Source of the DNA: Mobula hypostoma
Taxonomy: Eukaryota
Length of the DNA: 64,000 nucleotides
Assembly: GCF_963921235.1 (NCBI RefSeq)
Contig: NC_086108.1
Location: 56,298,001 to 56,362,000 of the forward strand
Direction of reading: 5' to 3'
In this document: in pieces, positions 39,149 to 51,031 of the stretch
How the letters are laid out: each line of letters opens with the position of its first letter
How positions within the stretch are numbered: the first letter of the stretch is position 1
Notes under the pieces: model-generated
The model's database searches: none
Told to the model about the DNA's origin: nothing
The model's input: the letters and a program-made list of their open reading frames with translations, nothing else
Made by a program: the position numbers and the translations under genes

Positions 39149-39823
39149 GGATAAACTGACTGAATCAATAGTAAGTTCTGACTTTAGACTGCTGTCCTTT
39201 AAACACAAGCCAATGAGAATATAGTGTTTAAATACATAACTACATCTGTGGTGCTCACAACTCTTCAGAAGCTCCTTAACTAAAATATATTCTGAATATT
39301 TTACTATTAACTATCCAAAGCTTTAGTTTCATCTTTTAAAAAATTCATTTTGGTTTATAACTTTAAAACATTAACTGTTCTTTAAGAAAAGATAATTTTC
39401 CATCTACACTACCTGGATGATAATCTCATTGTGATTATTATAGAATCCAGCTGATTTTCAGTGTTTTGAAGTATTAGAATGAGCAAGTGATCCACCTTGT
39501 CAATCAGGGAATATGAATATTTATCCATTGTTACTTCGGCGTTAGTACTGAATTAACTTCAATCTGCTATGTTTTAAGATGCTGTGGTTCACTAACGGCA
39601 ACAAAATCCTATTTACGTAAAGATTAATTGAGAGGATTTCTAAAAGTGATGTATACTTGTTTGGGAAAATGACTGGTGTTATGGCAACCTGAAACAATAC
39701 CCACAAAGACGTTGTCATAACACCAGTCCATATCTTACCTTTCTTCCCCATATACAATTTGTTTTCAGGTACAAAAATCATTAAATACTGACTTTAATCA
39801 CAACTGATAGCATTAAAATCAAA

Positions 39824-39829
39824 TTTATT
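39824..39829 (-). terminator. Candidate polyadenylation signal (AATAAA) of DNAI4
   Basis: tttatt on the plus strand, about 340 nt downstream of the inferred stop in AT-rich unique sequence. An ATTAAA follows at 39798-39793. Confidence 0.5.
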
Positions 39830-40168
39830 CATAAATTGTGCATATTTATCACTTAAGTACCCCTACTTAAATATCAAAAAGAAGTTAAGTACATCATGAA
39901 TTGTTAACATACTTCAATTAAACTGGTCAAAATCACACGTTCTTTATACCAATGAACCATTTTTAAACCTTCTTCTTTTCCAGAATAAAATATTACAATC
40001 ATTTGAGGGTTAAATCAAAATGAAATTGCTTAATATGCTTGGAGAATGCAAGATATTTAGTGTATGATGAAAATAGTTCAAGCAATACAATCAAATTTTC
40101 ACATTATTTAATAGGAGCAAAAATGTACAAAATCATGAAATTAACAATTGTATTAAACATAAAATTAA

Positions 40169-40276
40169 TTAACCAGAAGTGTTGCATATGTTACTAATGC
40201 GTTCTTCCATTGTGTGAGACTCACTAACCAATTGGCTGGCCAGTGTTATCATAATGATGTTATTTAGTACGGATAG
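40169..40276 (-). CDS. DNAI4: Probable terminal coding exon of DNAI4: LSVLNNIIMITLASQLVSESHTMEERISNICNTSG*
   Basis: Strong polypyrimidine acceptor ttttttttctttcttgcacag|, phase 0 matching the previous exon, stop TAA at 40171-40169. L..II..TLASQL resembles fish DNAI4 C-termini as I recall them (not verified by search). Confidence 0.7.
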   Translation of the reverse strand, partial: LSVLNNIIMITLASQLVSESHTMEERISNICNTSG

Positions 40277-40399
40277 CTGTGCAAGAAAGAAAAAAAACAT
40301 CATTAACAACTATATTATAAATTAGGATTGTGTCCTTTTTCAGACAAAGTCTCACAACTTTAAAACTAAATATAGACTTATCCTAAGCTCTCAAGCACA

Positions 40400-41346
40400 A
40401 AGAGTTCTGGTGAAGGATCAGAGACTTGTCTTGTCTCCCTTTCTCTTCAGCATTTACACCTCAGACTTCAACTACTGCACAGAGTGTTGTCATCTTCAGA
40501 AGTTTTCTGATGACTCTGCCATAGTTGGATGCATCAGCAACGGAGATGAGGCTGAGTACAGGGCTACGGTAGGAAACTTTGTCACATAGTGTGAGCAGAA
40601 TTATCTGCAGCTTAATGTGAAAAAGGCTAAGGAGCTGGTGGTAGACCTGAAGAGAGCTAAGGTACTGGTGACCCCTGTTTCCATCCAGGGGGTCAGGGCG
40701 GACATGGTGGAGGATTACAAATACCTGGGGATACGAATTGACAATAAACTGGACTGAGGCTGTCTACAAGAAGGGTCAGAGCCGTCTCTATTTCCTGAGG
40801 AGACTGAGGTCCTTTAACATCTGCTGGATGATGCTGAGGATATTCTATGAGTCTGTGGTGGCCAGTGCTATCATGTTTGCTGTTGTGTGCTGGGGCAGCA
40901 GGCTGAGGGTAACAGACACCAACAGAATCAACAAACTCATTTGTAAGGCCAGCGATGTTGTGGGGATGGAACTGGACTCTCTGACGGTGGTGTCTGAAAA
41001 GAGGATGCTGTCTAAGTTGCATGCCATCTTGGACAATGTCTCCCATCCACTACATAATGTACTGGTTGGGCACAGGAGTACATTCAGCCAGAGACTCATT
41101 CCACCGAGATGCAACACAGAGAGTCATAGGAAGTCATTCCTGCCTGTGGCCATCAAACTTTACAACTCCTCCCTTGGAGGGTCAGACACCCTGAGCTAAT
41201 AGGCTGGTCCTGGACTTATTTCCTGGCATAATTTACATATTACTATTTAACTATTTATGGTTTTATTACTATTTATTATTTATGGTGCAACTGTAACGAA
41301 AACCAATTTCCCCCGGGACCTATAAAGTATGATTATGACTATGACA
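40400..41346 (+). mobile_element. Rex1/Babar LINE 3' part in the last DNAI4 intron
   Basis: KFSDDSAIVG near 40500, ORF 40738..41199 (KGQSRLYFLRRLRSF), (tatgac)n tail. Confidence 0.9.
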
Positions 41347-41664
41347 TGAAATACTAACATTTCCCAAATTTCTGCTAATTTTGGTTTTATTTTTGATTTC
41401 CAGCATTAAGAATCTTTTGCTTTTGCAGGTGCTGATTATTATTCTGAGAAAAATGATGAAATCTTAGATGATTCAGTGAATTGAAACAAGAAAAAAATTC
41501 AGAATAAATTACAAATTATTTACTCATTCTTTAACAAGAGATGAAATCGCTGAGGATACATACTATATGTGACAAAGCCAGTGACCAGCAACCAGCATGG
41601 ATTCAAAAAGTGAAAATACCTTTAAATAATCTTCATCAGAGAGTGAAAATGATAGATTTAGTAT

Positions 41665-44600
41665 AGTAAATCTGTGGGATGCTCTACCACAGACAGTGGT
41701 GGAGGCCAAATCCATGCGTATATTTAAGGTGGAAGTTGATCATTTCCTGATCCGTCAGGGCATCAAAGGATAAGGCGAGAAGGTAGGTGTATGGGGTTGA
41801 GTGGGATCCAGGATCAGCCATGATGTAATGGCGGAACAGGCAGGATGGGCTGAATGCTCCTATGTCTTATGGTCTTAAGATGGATGACTGCAGTCATTAT
41901 CAATACTTTTCAGAGATTGTCTGCTTGGCATTAGTGGTCACATAACTGGGACTTGTGATATGCATCACCTGCTCCCATGGCTTCACATGACCCTGATTGG
42001 GGAACTAAGCTAAGGGTGGTGGGGTGGAGATCTACCTCTACCAAAGGAGTTGTAAGGCATTCCTTTTCCCTTCACTGGGCAAGGTGTAGCATCTGCTTAG
42101 CCCCCCCGATAATAAATATATATTAAAAATAATCATACCCTCCTTCTTCAGAATACTCTGAGAGAGGATCCAGTAATTGGGTTGAATGAACCCAGACATG
42201 AAGGCTCTTGACCCAAAGCATCACCTGCCTATTTCCCTCCAGAGATGTTGCCTGACCAGGGTTCCTCCAGAATTTTGTTTGTTGCTTAGGACAGAGGAGC
42301 ATTTGCAGATATTTTCCCCAAATCCAAAATTCAATTAAAATTAACATACATAAAGGTTTTCTTCTATCCCAGTTCTATATAGAGGGAAATGGATCAGCCA
42401 TGGTGGGATGGCAGAGCAGACTTGAGCCAAATTGCCCAATTTTGCTCCTTTGACTTATGGTCTTAAATCCAGCCACGTGTGAGGTGTTGTACTTTGGGAG
42501 ATCAACAGTAGTGGGCCAGGACCTGGTTAATGGCAGGACCCTTAACAACAATTTATGTACAAAGGGCCCTTGGGCCCCAAGTCCTTAGCTCTCCAAGTGA
42601 CTGCACAAGTTAGTAGGTTGTTTAAGAAGGAAAGCAGCATGCTTGCTTTTATTAGTTGAGGCACTGAGTGCAAGAGTCAGGAAGTTATATTGGAGCTTTA
42701 TAGCCGAATTAGGCCATTCAGCTTCCACCATGGCTGATCCCGGATCCCACTCAACTCCCTACACCTGCCTTCTTACCATAACCTTTGATTCCCTGATCAA
42801 TCAGGAAATTTATCAATTTTTGTTTTAAATATACTTACGGACTTGGTTTCCACAGCTGTCTCTGGCACGGCATTCCACAGAATCACCAATCTCTGGCTAA
42901 AAAAAATCCTCCTTAACTCTGTTCTAAAGGTCACCCCTCAACTTTGAGGCTGTGCCCTCTAGTTCTGGACATCCTCTCAACAGACACCTTACCTAGTCCT
43001 TTCAACATTCAGTATCGGGAGTATTGCATTCAGTTCTGGACACCCCATTACAGGAAGTATGTCAGGGCTTTGGAGAGGGTGTAGACGAGGTTTACTAGGT
43101 TGCTGCCTGGATTAGAAAGCATGAACTATAAGGAAAGTTTGGACAGACTTGTATTATTTTTCTGGAGTGGCAGAGGCTGAGGAGAAACCTGATGGAGGTT
43201 TATAAAATTATGAGAGGTATAGACCCAGCATCTTCTTCTTCACCTTCAAAGTGTCCCAGAGGACATACATTTCAGATGTATAGAGGCAAGTGTTTGTGGG
43301 GTGGTGTAATGGAGGCAAATACGATGAAGTCATTAAAAAGGTTCTTAGTTAGACATATGAAAATGCAGACGGACTTTGATACGGGATACTTTAGTTAGGC
43401 ATTTAACTGCCAGTTTAATCAATTCAGTGCAACATTTGGGCTGAAGGGTCTGTTCCTGTGCTCTTCTATGTTCTCATTTACTGTGTTTGTTCAGAAGCAA
43501 GTGATGTCAGTCTTTCCAAATTTACTTCTCTTTCTGTCTTTCATGAACTAAGTATTCATATTCCCATTCCAACATGTCGATCCATAGCTTCCTCTGCTGC
43601 CAAGATGAGGCCACTCTAAGACTGGAGGAGCAAAATATGAAAGCTATTGTCAAGAGGGAAATTAGGATTGCCAAAGGGCAGGTTGAGAAGGATATTGCTG
43701 ATAATACTAAGATTGGCCCTAAGAGATTTTTTAGTAGTAAAAGAAAAGTCAAGAAGGAGGTTAAGTAAAATGCATATAAAAAGTATTCACCCCCTTGGAG
43801 GCTAAGAAATAAATAGCAGAATCTCTTGTAGAGATCATTTGTTTTGTAGACAGTGGTGAAGTTCCAGAAGACTGGAGAGTAGGTAATGGTGTTCCATTGT
43901 TTAAGTGTTGCAAGGAAAGGCTAGAGAACTACAAGCCAGTAAGCTTAACTTCAGTTGTAGGGAGTTACTGGAGGGAATTCCAAGGGACAAGATCACCATC
44001 ACTTGGATAATCGAGGCCTGTTCAGGAATAGTCAGCATGATTTTGTGCTTGGAGGTCATGGCTGATGAATCTTTAGGAGTTTTTTTTTGAAGAGGTAACT
44101 AAGGGGATAAATGAAGGTAGGGCAGTGGATATTGTCTATATGGACTTTAATAAGGCGGTTGACAACATCCTGCAGGCTAGGCTATATTGGAAGATTAGGT
44201 TGCACAAGATTCAGTGAAAGCTAGCAAGATGGATTCAGAATTGGCTCAATGATGGGAAGCAGAGGGTGATGGTTGAAGGGCGATTCTCTTACTGGAGATG
44301 TGACTAATGGGGTGCCCCAGGGGTCAATGTTGGGATCTCGGTTATTCATTTTGTATGTAAGTGATTTGGATGTGAATGTCCATGGCATTATTAGCAAATG
44401 TGTTGACAATTCTAAATGAAGGATTATATTGATAGTGATGCAGGTTATAATGAATTCTGAGGGACAAGATCTATCATCACTCGGATAATCATGTCCTGAT
44501 CAGGAATAGTCAACATGGCTTTGTGCATGGGAGGTCATGGCTGATGAGATCTTGGCCAGTTAAAGAGAGGTGCTGAGGAATAGCAAATGGATTTCAACTT

Positions 44601-45370
44601 GGATGTGTGAGATGATGCACTTTGGGCACACGAAGCAGGATAGGGCCTTTACAGTGAATGGCAAGGCACTGACAATTGCTGTGAAACAAAGGGACCTGGG
44701 AGTACAAGTACATAGTTTGCGGAGAGTTGCCGTGCAACTAGACAGGGTGGTGAAGGTGTTTAGCATGCTGACCTTCAGTCACCGATTCAAGTTTAGGAGC
44801 AGAGATATTACCTATGTTCCATTATAAAAGTTGTTAGTGAGATAACGCCTACAGTATTGAGGTACAGTTTTGGTCTACCTGGTATAGGGAAAACATTGTC
44901 AAACTGGAGAGGGTGCAGGAGAGATCAGAGGGTGCTGCCCACACCAGAGGACCTGAGTTCAAGGGAAAGGTTGGCCACACTAGATCTTTATTTCTTGGAG
45001 TGCAGGAGCATAAGAGGTGGCCTCAGAGAAATTTATAAAATCATGAGGGGTCTGGATAGGGTGGACAATCAATCACTTCTCCAGGGTTGGGAAATCTGAA
45101 ACTAGAGGGTTTAGATACAGGATTGGGGGTGAGTTAAGAGACCTGAAGTAACTTATTTACACAAAGGGAACCTGAAATAAGCTTCCTGAGTGCCTGAGGA
45201 AGTGGTTGAAGGGGATACATTTGAAACGTTTGGATAAGAAAGTGAAAGGGAAGGGTTTGAAAGGTTACAGGCTAAACACAGGCAACTGCAACCACCAGGG
45301 AGGATGTGTGATCAGCATGGACCAGTGGGACCAGTGGGACCAATGGGCTTATTTCCAAGCTGTACTCTCT
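41665..45370 (+). mobile_element. Cluster of decayed CR1 fragments with small SINE, Penelope and Tc1 pieces
   Basis: CR1 motifs at 43860-45100, Penelope remnant at 43555-43635 (CQDEATLRLEEQ), Tc1-like TIR at 43775-43800, inverted CR1 tail at 42700-43010. Confidence 0.75.
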
Positions 45371-45899
45371 GTCTCTAAGTCACGCTGGCTATTCCTAATC
45401 AACTACTATCTTTCTAAATAGGTCTATATTCGGCACATCTTTTGTTTGACTAAGGAGAACTTCACTCATCTCCTGTGGCTCCACAGAAATACGTCCACTT
45501 TAGCTTTTGATTCTCTTTCAATTGACTCTTTTTTTCCCCCCTTTAATATACCATTTGTACTTATACAATCTCTTTGGGTTTTCCCTTAATCTTCTCTGGA
45601 AGCACAATCTCTTGTTTCCCTTTGCCCTTCTGATTTCCTTCTTCAGTATACTCCTGCAGCCCTATACTCCTCCAGGGAGTCACATAATGCCAGCTGCCTG
45701 TACTTGACCTATGTATCTTTTTTTATCTGCCCTGAGCATCAATATCCCTTGTCACCTAGGGTTCCATACTTCTGCCAAGCTTTCCCTTCAGTCTAACAGG
45801 AACATGCAGATCATTAACTCTCCATCTCACTTTTAAAACCCTTTGACTTACAGACGTTCCTTTGCCTGCAAGCAACTTATTCCAGAGTACAGAGTAGAA

Positions 45900-47490
45900 T
45901 GTCACACACAAAATTCAGCAGGTCAGGCAGTATTCATGGAGAGGAACAAACAGTAGACATTTTTGGCCAACAGCCTTCATCAGGAAAGGAAGGAGGATGA
46001 AGCCAGATTAAGAAGGTGGGGTTGGAGAAGGAGTAAAAACTGGAATATGATAGGTGAGACCAGGTAAAGGAGTTGAAGTGAGAAGCTGGGGGTTGATTGG
46101 TGGAAAAGGTGAAGGCTGAAGAAGGAATCTGGCAAGAGAGGAGAGCTTAATCAGTAAGCTTCAAGACCTTGGCCGTAATACCTCCTTGTGCAACTGGATC
46201 CTTGATTTCCTCACTTGCAAACCAGTCAGTTTGGATTGGCAGCAACATCTCCTCTGCAATCTCCATCAGCACAGATGCAACTCAAGGCTGTGTGCTTAGC
46301 CCTCTGATCCACTGACTTTACACTTATGACCGTGTGGCTCTAATCCCATATTCAAGTTTGCTGACAACACCACTGTCATAGGCCAAGTCATATAGGAGGG
46401 AGAATGGAAATCTAACTGAGCAGTGTCATAACAACAACCCTTCACTCAATGTCAGCAAGACCAAGGAGCTGATTGTTGACTTCAGGAGGAGGAAAGCAGA
46501 TGTCCATGAGCTAGTCCTCTTTGGAGGATCAGAGGTGGAGAAAGTCAGCAACTTTAACTTCCTTGGTGTTATTATTTCGAAGAACCTGTCATGGACCCAG
46601 CACTTACAAAGAAAGTACGGCAGCGCCTCTACCTCCTTAGGAGTTTGTGAAGATTTGGCATGACATCTAAAACTCTGCAAACTTCTATGGATGTGTGCTG
46701 CAGAGTAACTGACTTGCTGCATCACTGCTTGGTATGGACTAATGTGTGGCTTAGAAAGTCCTAAAAGAAATGGTGGATATGGCCCAGTCCATCATGGGTA
46801 AAGCCCTCCCCACCATTGAGCACATCTACAAAAAGCGTGTCGCAGGAAAACAGCATCCATCACCAAGGACTCCCACCGCCCAGGTCATGCTCTCTTCTCG
46901 CTGCTGCCATCAGGTAAAAAGTAAAAGAGCCTCAGGACTCACACCACCAGGCTCAGGAACAGTTATTCTCCCTCAACCATCAAGCTCTTGAACAAAGGGA
47001 ACAACTTCACTCGCCCCATCATTGAAATGTTCCCACAACCCATAGACTCACTTTCAAGGACTCTTCATCTCATATTTATTGCTTATATATTTTTTATTCT
47101 TTTTTGCATTTGTACAGTTTGTTGTCATTTACACATTGGCTGAATCCCCAAGTTGGAGCAGTTTTTCGTTGATTCTATTATACTTATTATTCTGTCTTGG
47201 ATTTATTGACTATGCCCACAAGAAAATGAATCTCAGAGTTGTATATGATGACATATATGTACTTTGATAATGAATTTACTCTGAATTTTAGAGAGTGGAT
47301 GATGGGTGAAAGGGGAGGAGGGACACCAGGGAGAGAAGAGTGGCAGATGAGAAGGGGTAAGGCGGGAGCCAGAACGGAATATGGACAAAGAGAGAAGAGG
47401 GGGAGAAATTAATATTCATGTCATCATGTCGGAGACTACCCAGAGAGATTTTGTGGTGTTGCTAATTCAACCTAAGAGTGGCCTTATCCT
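45900..47490 (-). mobile_element. Penelope-like element split by a plus-strand Rex1 fragment (46145-47290)
   Basis: Terminal-repeat text at 45900-46145 resumes at 47290. Rex1 QGCVLSPL and KFAD motifs at 46280-46370. Confidence 0.75.
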
Positions 47491-48361
47491 GACAGAAGCA
47501 ACCTACTCCCAAGTGACTTTCACAAGTTTCTATCTAATACCCTCAAAAGTTCATTGTTCCAATTAGTACTTTAAATTCTAGATCATATTATAAGACATAT
47601 GAGTAGAATAGCCCATTTGGCCAATTGAGTATACTTCGCAATTCCGTCATAGCTGATTTATTATCCCACCTAACCCCATTCTTCTACTTTCTCCCTGTAT
47701 ACTTTCTCGCTCTTACTAATCGAGAACCCATCAATCTCTGCTTTAAATATACCCAATGACTCAGCCTTCACAGCCATCTTTGGCAATGAATTCCACAAGT
47801 TCGGCATCCTCCGATTAAAGAAAATCCTCCTCATTTCTGTTCTAAAGGGCTATCTTTGTATTCTGAGGTTTGCCCTCTTGTCCTAGGCTATCTCACTATA
47901 GGAAACAATCTCCATGTCCACTCTAGCTATTTAATATTTAATAGGTTTCAATGAAATATGTGAACTCAATTAATTTATTGAAAATGAAAATGAAAGATCG
48001 ATCCCTTTCCATAACTAATTTAAAACTAATAGAACTATGGTCACTAGTTCCAAAGTGCTTGTCACTGACATTTGTGTCACTTGTATCTCATCCAAGATCC
48101 TCTAAACTTTTGACAATGGTAACTATTTTATTTATAAATCTGTGAATATTCACATGGAAAACTATAATCTTACAAGGAAATACAAAATTATAAAATAACA
48201 TTAATAACTTTTTCTTATAGAAGATACTTAAACATTGTTAAGAGAGAGTGAAGAAAATGTTTATGTTTTAACTTTAACTTCCTTGGTGTTATTATTTTGA
48301 AGGACCTGTCATGGACAGGTTTATATTTTATACAAGTCACAACATCTAAATTAGAACTTAC

Positions 48362-48512
48362 GGTTTCTTCATTTGGAGACATATTATTGAGCTGGTATAC
48401 TGTGACCTGTCCATTGCTGTCACCAACGAGAACGCAATCCGTGTTTTTAGCAAAGAGTATGGTAGTCAAACTTATTCCTTCCGTGGCTGGGTAGATAATA
48501 ATAGGATCCAAT
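48362..48512 (-). CDS. DNAI4: DNAI4/WDR78 penultimate coding exon (151 nt, phase 2/0): LDPIIIYPAT...CVLVGDSNGQVTVYQLNNMSPNEET
   Basis: ORF 48215..48541. Acceptor gctttggtag| and donor |gtaagt. Matches the last WD repeat of WDR78 (TTILFAK.TDC.LVGDS.GQV.VY.L). Confidence 0.93.
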
Positions 48513-49519
48513 CTACCAAAGCATATAACAGAATAAAACATAATATTTGTGTATTTGCTTTAGTATGTTGTGCTTACTGCAAAAATAAGTTTAGAAATGT
48601 ACAGAATATGAACTTTGAGGTCTATTTTATTTCTTAAATGGCATTTCAGTCCAAATTGAGAAGTGTAAGATGAGATCTCTGCCCAACGTTAAAATCTTGA
48701 GTTACATACTGAGCTTCTCTTCAATATATGGGATTCACCACCTTTTAAAGCTGCATATATGAATGAAATATGGCTACCAATACTACTGCAGTACAGAATA
48801 ATTTGATGACAGGACTTTTGGGTTGTCCTGAGAACAGTGCAGCATATTCCATACCAGGCAATAATAAAAAAAAAAGGAACTACTGGAAATATCAATGGCA
48901 AATGAAACAACCTATGTTTCAGATTGATAAGTGACGTTTTTCAGAATTACAATATTTTAGAAACGTAGAAAAACTACAGCACAATACAGGCCCTTCGGCC
49001 CACAATGCTGTGCGGAACACGTACTTACTTTAGAAATTACCTAGGGTTACCCATAGCCCTCTATTTTTCTAAGCTCCATGTACCTATCCAGGAGTCTCTT
49101 AAAAGACACTTTTACATGCATGTCAGGATGAGTCCCTTTTGTTTGCATGAATACAAGAGCTGCTTCACCTTGCTCTGATTCGGAACAAGGTTTACTTTTT
49201 ATTTCACTCCAGGCAGTTCAGAATCCTTGCAAGCAGTTGACCGACCCTAGAATTTCAGGATTTTTATCACTGTACTATGAACCACTCATTAGTGGTTCAG
49301 ATTACTGGTATAACAGTGCCAAATAAGACATGCCAGTGGTTGGCAATGAGCTGGAGAAGTGTTTAAATTCAAAAGGCACAATCACATTGAATGTATTGAA
49401 TGATTGATGCATCTCCAGCACTGATAAAAATTTGGCCAATAACCAGCACACTGCTAGCTGTCCATTTGGCAAATGTCCCATTTAAGTTGCTCCAGGGATA
49501 GATTGCTGAAGCAAAACCA

Positions 49520-50192
49520 ATTCAGGTTTAGATTTATTTATCACAAAACATACAGTGAAATGCATTGTTTGTGTTAACTAACGTCATGCCTCAGGATATG
49601 CTAGGGCCAGTTCAGCAGTATCACCACACATTCTGGCGCCAACATCATATGCCCAGAATGTTCAGCAGAACAATCAAGGAACAACAACAACAACAGCAAA
49701 ACAAGCCCCTTTCCTACCCTCCCACCCACTCACACAGGCAGGCCTCCAACACTGGGTCATGCCACCTCCCTGGACTCACAGACTTTGCGATTCCAACCAC
49801 CAGACCCTGGCATAGACTCACAGACTTTAAGCCTCTAACCTCCATACAAGGTGACCTAGGGGCTTCAACTTCAGGTTTCTACCTCCACCCAGGACTTGCT
49901 GATCTGGAGGATCACCAGCCCTTGTGCCTACTGCCCACATAGACCTCCAAGACAGGACTTCCCGACCTGGGGATTGCTGGCCTTCATCCTCCGCACCTGC
50001 CGACCTGACATCTGGGTGTGCGGACCTTTGACTGTAGAGCGCTCGGAACACCAGCTCCTTCTCCTGACACCTAACTCTTCATCATCCCTGTCCCTAAACC
50101 ATAACCTGATCCCCAACACTTACGTTGTGCATAAGCCATCCCTATGAACATAAAAAAAATTGACGGACAAAACAGCAAGGTGCCATCTTTGC
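49520..50192 (-). mobile_element. Non-autonomous retroposon of about 0.67 kb in a DNAI4 intron
   Basis: Starts aagatggcacc on the minus strand and ends in an AATAAA/tctgaa-like tail. Its 3' part resembles 54690-54890. Confidence 0.55.
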
Positions 50193-50801
50193 ATTGAATT
50201 TTCCTCTATGTTTGCCATCCCTGTTTTATGGCAAGCTCTGTGTTCAATGTGAGAATGTGACAAAAGTGATATAGCCCTACAAAACCTTGCTTCTTATGCA
50301 AATTTTTCACATCCTCCTGAAAGTACTGATTATTTACATTAATATGGTTGCAGACTTTCCAGTGCTCCACACTGCAAGCTTCATGTTTGATGTTATTGAA
50401 TAATAATACTATTTTTGTATAGTGAGGCCAATCCCTGTTTTCATTTAATGTCAACATGGTGCACTTTATACATAAAGCCCACTGAAATTAGCTTAAATGT
50501 TATTCAAATATTGCCATCTGGGTAATTGCCTTAAATTCTATCCTCAATTCTGTCTTATCCTCAATTCTGCCTTCTCCTTTGTCATGGGGCAGCTCAGATT
50601 AATAATAAAATTTCAGCGAATTTCTTGGCTGTGCTTAGTAAACAGATCTGATTAAAAATCATAACCTAAGACCTTCTGGACTCAAAATATTCATAGCAAT
50701 GCCACATGTTTATGAACTAGGTTAGTGAAAATTGTATTATTCTAAGATTAATGGCTTACTTTCAATCTATAATATTCAAAAAGGCAAAAGGAAATACCGA
50801 C

Positions 50802-51031
50802 ATGTTAACTGAAAGGTCCCAGATTTCCACTCTGTCCTCATTAACTGCTCCAAACACAGTAGCTGATTTTGGTGACCACGTGATGCTGTGCACTGCCTTT
50901 GTAACAGTGGTAGTAAAGCGCAGAACTGGTCGCACTATTTCCTGACTCCATAAATGAATGGACCAGTCAGAAGAGCAGCTCAGAAAAGTATCATGAGAAA
51001 ATGGTGACCATGCTATTTTATACACAGGACC
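50802..51031 (-). CDS. DNAI4: DNAI4/WDR78 internal coding exon (230 nt, phase 0/2): GPVYKIAWSPF...DRVEIWDLSVN
   Basis: ORF 50762..51046 with WD40 motifs (FLSCSSDWSIHLW, WSPKS, VEIWDL). Acceptor catttccag|. The donor AT|gtcggt is the one that keeps frame with the next exon. Confidence 0.92.

Noticed and set aside
39679..39740. Mini-intron on the minus strand (AAG|gtaaga...tttcag|)
   Set aside because: Only 50 nt, too short for a typical vertebrate intron, and the surrounding ORF has no recognisable homology.
480..40000. INSL5 or DYNLT5 exons expected from synteny
   Set aside because: No insulin-family cysteine pattern or Tctex1 motif was found by eye in the unique stretches.
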